Shown piece by piece: positions 35,300-43,153 of a stretch of 43,153 nt of DNA. The stretch's first letter is position 1; every line of letters starts with the position of its first letter. The translations under genes were made by a program, and so were the position numbers. The stretch is taken from positions 13,363-56,515 of the forward strand of contig DAIRVJ010000001.1 in NCBI GenBank assembly GCA_036802895.1. Reading direction: 5' to 3'. Origin of the DNA: Candidatus Nanopelagicales bacterium. GTDB taxonomy: Bacteria > Actinomycetota > Actinomycetes > Prado026. A model generated the notes under the pieces. The model made no database searches. It was not told the origin of the DNA and saw nothing but the letters and a program-made list of their open reading frames with translations.

Positions 35300-36019
35300 A
35301 TGTCCGAACCCACGCCGCCGCCCGGAACACCCGAGCCGACGCCGCCACTCCCTCCCGGGTCCGGTGCGCCCCCGCCTCCGCCGCCCCCGCCCGGCTACCA
35401 GCCTCCGCCGCCCCCGGGGTACGCCGCCCCGCCCCCACCCAGCGGGTACGGCACCCCGCCGCCGGCGCCGGGCTACGGCGCACCGCCGACCGGCTACCCG
35501 GCCCCCCCGCCGGGGTACGCCCCCCCGCCCCCGGCCTATGCCGGCGCCGCCATTCCCACCAACCTGGCGAACTGGGGCCAGCGCGTCCTGGCCGCGCTCA
35601 TCGACGGTGTCCTCACCGGCATCCCGGCCATCATCGGGGCGATCCTCATCGCGGCCTCGGCCGGGGACACCACCACCGAGCTGACGGAGACCGGCTTCCG
35701 GACCTCCACCAGCGGCGGCAACGCGTTCCTCGCGTTGCTCGGCGGCCTGTTCTACCTGGCCGCGATCGCCGTCTGGGTGTGGAACATCGGCCTCAAGCAG
35801 GGCCCGACCGGGCAGTCCGTGGGCAAGAGCGTGATCGGACTGAAGCTGGTCGGCGCGCAGACCGGCGCGCCGATCGGGGTCGGCCTGTCCCTCGTCCGGG
35901 CGATCGCGCACATCATCGACGGGATCCCCTGCTACGTGGGGTACCTGTGGCCGCTGTGGGACGCCAAGCGGCAGACGTTCGCCGACAAGCTGCTCAACAC
36001 CTACGTCGTCACGACGTAG
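35300..36019 (+). CDS. RDD-family membrane protein with a Pro-rich N-terminal region
   Basis: 239 aa from ATG at 35300 (RBS GAGGGGGAG). ~80 aa of PPPGY-type repeats, then [33 protein letters not shown]. Confidence 0.85.
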   Translation: MSEPTPPPGTPEPTPPLPPGSGAPPPPPPPPGYQPPPPPGYAAPPPPSGYGTPPPAPGYGAPPTGYPAPPPGYAPPPPAYAGAAIPTNLANWGQRVLAALIDGVLTGIPAIIGAILIAASAGDTTTELTETGFRTSTSGGNAFLALLGGLFYLAAIAVWVWNIGLKQGPTGQSVGKSVIGLKLVGAQTGAPIGVGLSLVRAIAHIIDGIPCYVGYLWPLWDAKRQTFADKLLNTYVVTT

Positions 36020-36392
36020 CACCCAGCGCCGACGTCGACGGGAGCCGGCCGTCGTCGAAGCAGGTCCGCGCTCCGGTGTGGCACGCGGCGCCGTGCTGGT
36101 CGACCCTGACCAGCACGGCGTCCCCGTCGCAGTCCAGCCGCACCTCGACCACCCGCTGGGCGTGGCCCGAGGTGTCTCCCTTGCGCCAGTACTCCCCGCG
36201 ACTGCGGCTCCAGTAGACGACCCGGCCGGTCGTGAGGGTCCGGTGCAGCGCCTCGTCGTCCATCCACCCGACCATGAGGACCTCCCCGGTGTCCCACTGC
36301 TGGGCGACGGCGGTGACCAGCCCGTCGGGGTTGCGGGTGAGACGGGCGGCGACGGCGGGGTCCAGCGACGACGGGCGAAGCGGCTCGGGCAT
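36009..36392 (-). CDS. hisI: Phosphoribosyl-AMP cyclohydrolase
   Basis: 127 aa from ATG at 36392: ..[57 protein letters not shown]. Its 3' end overlaps the RDD gene by 11 nt (convergent). Confidence 0.92.
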   Translation of the reverse strand: MPEPLRPSSLDPAVAARLTRNPDGLVTAVAQQWDTGEVLMVGWMDDEALHRTLTTGRVVYWSRSRGEYWRKGDTSGHAQRVVEVRLDCDGDAVLVRVDQHGAACHTGARTCFDDGRLPSTSALGATS

Positions 36393-36420
36393 CCGCCCAT
36401 TGTGCGGGCCGCCGGTGGGC

Positions 36421-37029
36421 TCAGCGCACCGCGGCCAGCAGGCTGCGATAGGAGCGCACCAGCAGGTCACCTTCCTCGCGCAGGTCCGGGCTGGTCGGGT
36501 CGCAGCCGGCGGCGACCCACCCGTCGGAGACGACCATCGCCTCAGCCCGCAGCCGGGCGGCCTCCCGCACCGCCTCCGCGGGCGCGCGGTAGACATAGGC
36601 GTACAGCGCGGTCAGCGCGTCGACCAGCTCCGACGAGCCGAGCGAGGGGTCGTGCTGAGCCGCCCGATGGGCCCGCCACCACTCGACCTCGAGCTCGGCG
36701 GCTCGGGGCGGGTCCAGGTCGAGGCCGTGGGCGCGCCGGACCAGCGCGTAGAACCGGGTCATGCTGGCCCGCGCGGCGTCGGGGTCGTTGTCGGGGAACG
36801 GCGCCCACTGCTGGTTCGCGCGCAGGACCCACCAGGCCGCCAGCAGGGTCCGCGCCCGCCCCATGCCGAAACCCTCGCGCACCATGAGCAGCGCGGCGGA
36901 GAGGAACCGACGCCACTGCCGCAGGTAGTAGGCCGCCCAGGCGTCGCGCTCGGCCCGCCCCAGCCGCTCGGCGTCGAAGCTGCGCATCGGGTTCGCCGCG
37001 CCCATCCCTGCCTCGCCCTCGAACCGCAC
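36421..37029 (-). CDS. Hypothetical protein upstream of hisI
   Basis: 202-aa ORF from GTG (alternative ATGs at 37005 and 36987). Trp/Arg-rich, no motif I recognise. 28 nt upstream of hisI. Confidence 0.55.
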   Translation of the reverse strand: MRFEGEAGMGAANPMRSFDAERLGRAERDAWAAYYLRQWRRFLSAALLMVREGFGMGRARTLLAAWWVLRANQQWAPFPDNDPDAARASMTRFYALVRRAHGLDLDPPRAAELEVEWWRAHRAAQHDPSLGSSELVDALTALYAYVYRAPAEAVREAARLRAEAMVVSDGWVAAGCDPTSPDLREEGDLLVRSYRSLLAAVR

Positions 37030-37040
37030 CCCGGTCGCCT

Positions 37041-37059
37041 AGCCTGCCCGGGGCAGGCT
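37041..37059. promoter_or_regulatory. Perfect 19-nt palindrome in a divergent promoter region (candidate operator)
   Basis: AGCCTGCCC-G-GGGCAGGCT. TAGCCTG recurs at 37101-37107, just upstream of the plus-strand ATG. Confidence 0.4.
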
Positions 37060-37112
37060 TCGGGGGGAAGCCTCGATGTGCCCGACCGCTCGACGGCACG
37101 TAGCCTGAAGGC

Positions 37113-37733
37113 ATGACCACCCTGGCTCGACGTGAGCGCCATGCCCTGGCCGACCTGATGGAGGCGGTGGGACCCGACGCCCCGACCCTGTCCGGTGACT
37201 GGACGAGCCGCGACCTCGCGGCGCACCTCGTACTCCGCGAGCGCCGGCCGGACGCCGCCGCGGGGATCCTGCTTCGACCGCTCGAGGGGTACACCCGCGT
37301 GGTCCAGGACCACCTCGCGGGGCAGGACTGGGCCCGGCTGGTCGCCAAGGTGCGCTCCGGGCCCCTGCTGATGCCCGACCGGATCGACAAGGTGGTCAAC
37401 ACCGCGGAGTTCTTCGTCCACCACGAGGACGTGCGCCGCGCCCAGGAGCAGTGGCAGCCACGCGAGCTGACCGCCGCCGACGAGCGCAGCCTGTGGCGTC
37501 TGCTCTGCGCCCGAGGGGGCGCCCTGTTCCGCAAGGCCACCGGGGGCGTCGTCCTGCAGCTGCCGGACGGCACCGAGCACCAGGCCCGACCGGGCGAGCC
37601 GGCGGTCACGCTGGTCGGCCCGGCGTCGGAGCTGCTGCTCTACGCCTACGGGCGCACCGGCCACGCCCAGGTGCGCATCGACGGTGACCCGGAGGCGGTC
37701 GCCGCGTTCGCCCGCACGTCGCTGGCGGTCTAG
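37113..37733 (+). CDS. TIGR03085-like DinB/mycothiol-dependent-isomerase-fold protein
   Basis: 206 aa: [56 protein letters not shown]. Confidence 0.78.
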   Translation: MTTLARRERHALADLMEAVGPDAPTLSGDWTSRDLAAHLVLRERRPDAAAGILLRPLEGYTRVVQDHLAGQDWARLVAKVRSGPLLMPDRIDKVVNTAEFFVHHEDVRRAQEQWQPRELTAADERSLWRLLCARGGALFRKATGGVVLQLPDGTEHQARPGEPAVTLVGPASELLLYAYGRTGHAQVRIDGDPEAVAAFARTSLAV

Positions 37734-38503
37734 CGCACCGGTTGGCCGGCGGTGCGCAGCGCCGCCTTCACGTCGGCGATCCGCAGCTCACCGAAGTGGA
37801 ACACGCTCGCCGCGAGCACGGCGTCGGCGCCCGCCGTCACCGCCGGCGCGAAGTGCTCGACGGACCCGGCGCCGCCGCTGGCGATCACGGGGACCGTCAC
37901 CGCCGCGCGCACCGCGCGGATCATCTCGAGGTCGTAGCCGTCCTTGGTCCCGTCGGCGTCCACCGAGTTGAGCAGGATCTCCCCCGCGCCGAGCCCGGCC
38001 GCCCGCGCCGCCCACTCCACCGCGTCGATGCCGGTGCCCCGCCGACCGCCGTGCGTGGTGACCTCGAACCCGGACGGCGTCCGCCGGTACCCGGGCCGGC
38101 AGCGCCGCGCGTCGACGCTCAGCACGAGGACTTGGGCGCCGAACCGGCCCGCGATCTCGGCGACCAGCTCGGGGCGGGTGACCGCCGCGGTGTTCACGCC
38201 GACCTTGTCCGCCCCGGAGCGCAGCAGCCGGTCGACGTCGGCCACCGAACGGACACCGCCGCCGACCGTCAGCGGGATGAACACCTCCTCGGCCGTGCGG
38301 CGCACCACGTCGTAGGTGGTCTCCCGGTCGCTGCTGCTCGCGGTGATGTCCAGGAACACCAGCTCGTCGGCGCCCTCGGCGTCGTAGGTGCGGGCGAGCT
38401 CGACCGGGTCGCCGGCGTCGCGCAGCTCGGCGAAGCGGACCCCCTTGACGACGCGCCCGGCGTCGACGTCCAAGCACGGGATCACCCGCACGGCGAGCGT
38501 CAC
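37730..38503 (-). CDS. hisF: Imidazole glycerol phosphate synthase cyclase subunit
   Basis: 257 aa from GTG: [48 protein letters not shown] overlap with the ridA-like stop. Confidence 0.95.
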   Translation of the reverse strand: MTLAVRVIPCLDVDAGRVVKGVRFAELRDAGDPVELARTYDAEGADELVFLDITASSSDRETTYDVVRRTAEEVFIPLTVGGGVRSVADVDRLLRSGADKVGVNTAAVTRPELVAEIAGRFGAQVLVLSVDARRCRPGYRRTPSGFEVTTHGGRRGTGIDAVEWAARAAGLGAGEILLNSVDADGTKDGYDLEMIRAVRAAVTVPVIASGGAGSVEHFAPAVTAGADAVLAASVFHFGELRIADVKAALRTAGQPVR

Positions 38504-38913
38504 GTGGTCGGCTGGCTCGGGGCGGGGCGCGGCCGGACGGCGTCGACCTCGACCTCGACGAGCATCCGCTGGTCGACGAACCCGGACACGACCAGCAGGG
38601 TGGCCGCCGGTCGGACCTGGCCGAGCAGCTCGGCGTGCGCGCGACCCACCGCCTCGGCGTCGCGCTGGTGGTGGACGTACATCCGGGTCCGTACGACGTC
38701 CTGCACCCCGAAACCCACGTCGGCGAGCGCGGCCAGGGCGATCCCGAACGCCGTCCGGGCCTGCTCGTAGGCGTTGCCCTCGTGCACGACCTGGCCGGCC
38801 ACGGTCGCCGTGCAGCCGGCGGTCCAGGCGGCCTCGTCGGTCGCGACGACCCTCGAGTAGCCGACCGCGTCCTCCCACGGTCCCCCGGTGCCGTGCCGGC
38901 GCAGCCCGCTCAT
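38500..38913 (-). CDS. RidA/YjgF-family protein
   Basis: 137 aa from ATG at 38913 (ATGA overlap with the hisA stop): ..[59 protein letters not shown]. Confidence 0.82.
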   Translation of the reverse strand: MSGLRRHGTGGPWEDAVGYSRVVATDEAAWTAGCTATVAGQVVHEGNAYEQARTAFGIALAALADVGFGVQDVVRTRMYVHHQRDAEAVGRAHAELLGQVRPAATLLVVSGFVDQRMLVEVEVDAVRPRPAPSQPTT

Positions 38914-39671
38914 CGTGGGTCCCCCGGGACCGCCGGGCTCTGCGCCACCGCGGCCAGCGCCGCCTCGAGCGTGAACGCGCCGGCGTAGAGCGCCTTGCCC
39001 ACGATGGCCCCCTCGACGCCCTCGGGGACCAGCTCGGCGAGCGCCCGCAGGTCGGCCAACGAGGAGACCCCGCCGGAGGCGACGACCGGCCGGTCGGTGC
39101 GCGCGCAGACCGCCCGCAGCAGGTCGAGGTTGGGCCCGCGCAGGGTGCCGTCCTTGGTCACGTCGGTGACGACGTAGCGGGGGCATCCGTCGCGCTCGAG
39201 CCGGTCGAGCACCGACCACAGCTCGCCGCCGTCGCGGGTCCACCCGCGGGCGGCCAGCACCCCGTCGCGGACGTCCAGGCCGACGGCGACCCGGTCGCCG
39301 TGCTCGGCGATGGCCCGCGCGCACCAGACCGGATCCTCCAGCGCCGCGGTCCCCACGTTGACCCGGGTGCAGCCGGTGGCCAGGGCGGCGGCGAGCGAGG
39401 CGTCGTCGCGGATGCCGCCGGACAGCTCGACCCGGACCTCCAGCGCGGCCACGACGTCGGCGAGCAGGGCCCGGTTGGAGCCCCGGCCGAACGCCGCGTC
39501 GAGGTCGACGAGGTGGATCCAGCGCGCACCCGCCGCCTGCCAGGCCAGCGCGGCTTCGAGCGGGTCGCCGTAGGACGTCTCGGTGCCGGCGACGCCCTGG
39601 ACGAGGCGGACGGCCTGACCGTCGGCGACGTCGACCGCCGGGAGCAGCTCGAGGGCCGGCGGGTGGCGCAC
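38910..39671 (-). CDS. hisA: ProFAR isomerase HisA; in actinobacteria typically the dual-substrate HisA/TrpF enzyme called PriA
   Basis: 253 aa from GTG at 39671: ..[45 protein letters not shown]. Confidence 0.92.
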   Translation of the reverse strand: MRHPPALELLPAVDVADGQAVRLVQGVAGTETSYGDPLEAALAWQAAGARWIHLVDLDAAFGRGSNRALLADVVAALEVRVELSGGIRDDASLAAALATGCTRVNVGTAALEDPVWCARAIAEHGDRVAVGLDVRDGVLAARGWTRDGGELWSVLDRLERDGCPRYVVTDVTKDGTLRGPNLDLLRAVCARTDRPVVASGGVSSLADLRALAELVPEGVEGAIVGKALYAGAFTLEAALAAVAQSPAVPGDPR

Positions 39672-39673
39672 GG

Positions 39674-40012
39674 TCAGGACCTCCGGTCGGCGGCGAGCAC
39701 GAGGACCACGGGAGTGAACAGCAGGGACAGCCCGAGGACTCCGAAGCGTAGCCACCACGAGTCGGACAGCACCCAGGTCGCCGCCTGGACGACGACGACC
39801 ACGAGCAGGGCGATCCGCCAGCGCCGGCGGCGGCGGGACTCCAGCCGCCCGAGCGGGCGGGCGACCCGCACCCGCTGGGGCAGCGCCTCGCCGACCGCGC
39901 GCCGCCGCGCCTGGCGGCGGGCGGCCCGCTGCTGCTGGTGCTGGTGCTCGGCGAGCCGGCGGGCGCGGTCGGCCTCCCGCTGGGCCCGCCGGAACGCCCG
40001 CTCCCGGCTCAC
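39674..40012 (-). CDS. Small Arg-rich two-TM protein, function unknown
   Basis: 112 aa from a GTG that overlaps the upstream stop (GTGA). ~65 aa of Arg/Gln-rich sequence, then [16 protein letters not shown] and [19 protein letters not shown]. Third positions are nearly all G/C. Confidence 0.6.
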   Translation of the reverse strand: MSRERAFRRAQREADRARRLAEHQHQQQRAARRQARRRAVGEALPQRVRVARPLGRLESRRRRRWRIALLVVVVVQAATWVLSDSWWLRFGVLGLSLLFTPVVLVLAADRRS

Positions 40013-40263
40013 CGGTCGCCGTCCATCTCGGCCCGGATCTCGTGCCGTCGGGTCCACAGCCAGTAGGCCACGAGGAGCACGACCACCCCGACGCCGGTGG
40101 CGACCTTGATCCACGTCGCGCGCTGCCAGAACCACCACCCGCCGTAGCCGAGCCCGCCCACGAGCAGGACGAACAGGACCACCCGCGCCCGGGTCGGCCA
40201 CGGCCCGCGCCGGCGGGCGGGCCGGCGGGTGGGCCGGCGGCGGGCCGGCCGGCGGGAGGTCAC
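40009..40263 (-). CDS. Small Arg-rich two-TM protein, function unknown
   Basis: 84 aa from a GTG that overlaps the hisH stop (GTGA): [27 protein letters not shown], then [19 protein letters not shown] and [17 protein letters not shown]. Third positions are nearly all G/C. Confidence 0.65.
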   Translation of the reverse strand: MTSRRPARRRPTRRPARRRGPWPTRARVVLFVLLVGGLGYGGWWFWQRATWIKVATGVGVVVLLVAYWLWTRRHEIRAEMDGDR

Positions 40264-40894
40264 GACAGCCCGCTGACCCACGTGCGCAGCAGCGTGGCAC
40301 CCGCGTCGCCGGACTTCTCGGGGTGGAACTGCGTCGCCGTCAGGGCCCCGTTCTCGACCGCGGCCACGAACCGCTCGCCGTGGACGGTCCAGCTGACCAG
40401 CGGCGCGGCCAGGCTGTCGTCCTGCGGCAGGGACCAGCTGCGCAGGGCGTAGGAGTGCACGAAGTAGAACCGCTGCGACTCGACCCCGGCGAACAGCCGC
40501 GAGCCGGTGGCGACCTCGACGGTGTTCCAGCCCATGTGCGGCAGCACCGGCGCGGTCAGCCGTTCGACGACGCCCGGCCACTCACCGCAGCCCGGAGTCC
40601 GGACGCCGTGCTCGACGCCCTCGTCGAAGAGCACCTGCATCCCCACGCAGATGCCGAGGACCGGGCGGCCACCGGCCAGCCGACGGCCGATCACCCGTGG
40701 CCCGTCGACGGCCCGCAGCCCCGCCATGCAGGCCGCGAACGCCCCCACGCCCGGGACGACCAGGCCGTCGCACTCCAGCGCGTGCCCCGCGTCCGCGCTG
40801 ACCTGCACGTCGGCTCCGGCCCGAGCCAGCGCCCGCTCGGCCGAGCGCAGGTTGCCCGACCCGTAGTCGAGCACGACGACCCTGGGCGCTGCCG

Positions 40895-40898
<4 letters not shown>
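40260..40898 (-). CDS. hisH: Imidazole glycerol phosphate synthase glutaminase subunit
   Basis: 212 aa: ..[39 protein letters not shown]. Confidence 0.95.

Positions 40899-43153
<2,255 letters not shown>

Overview
High-G+C window (by eye above 70%), almost certainly from an Actinomycetota chromosome. It is densely packed core metabolism: I call 46 CDS, 42 on the minus strand, with almost no intergenic DNA. Transcription order on the minus strand, from high to low coordinates: hisD-hisC-hisB-hisH-(two small membrane ORFs)-hisA/priA-ridA-hisF; hypothetical-hisI; trpE-(three small membrane ORFs); trpC-trpB-trpA-sco1-mauE-dsbA-lgt-VIT; gltB-gltD; pyk; pyrR-pyrB-pyrC-(membrane ORF)-carA-carB-pyrK-pyrD-pyrF-hypothetical; mihF-gmk-rpoZ-coaBC-metK-priA. 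Plus-strand genes are bldD, a DUF4190-type protein, an RDD-type protein and a TIGR03085-type protein. I saw no rRNA, tRNA, CRISPR array, transposase, integrase, phage gene or recognisable defence/toxin module. Many ORF-track entries are over-extended at the N-terminus or are antisense shadow ORFs, which is normal at this G+C. I re-set starts by homology and by stop/start overlaps (GTGA or ATGA). I do not see a clear novel system. The best candidates for undescribed biology are function-unknown small membrane proteins translationally coupled into amino-acid operons: (1) three membrane ORFs after trpE, flanked by two Pro/Gly/Tyr-rich membrane proteins; (2) two Arg-rich two-TM ORFs between hisH and hisA; (3) a Sco1-MauE-DsbA redox/copper module between trpA and lgt; (4) a single-TM protein between pyrC and carA. 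Non-coding signals: a perfect 54-nt palindrome at the metK stop codon, a PyrR-type hairpin next to the pyrR ribosome-binding site, and a sigma-70-like bldD promoter carrying two BldD-box matches. All family assignments come from reading the translations. No database search was run.
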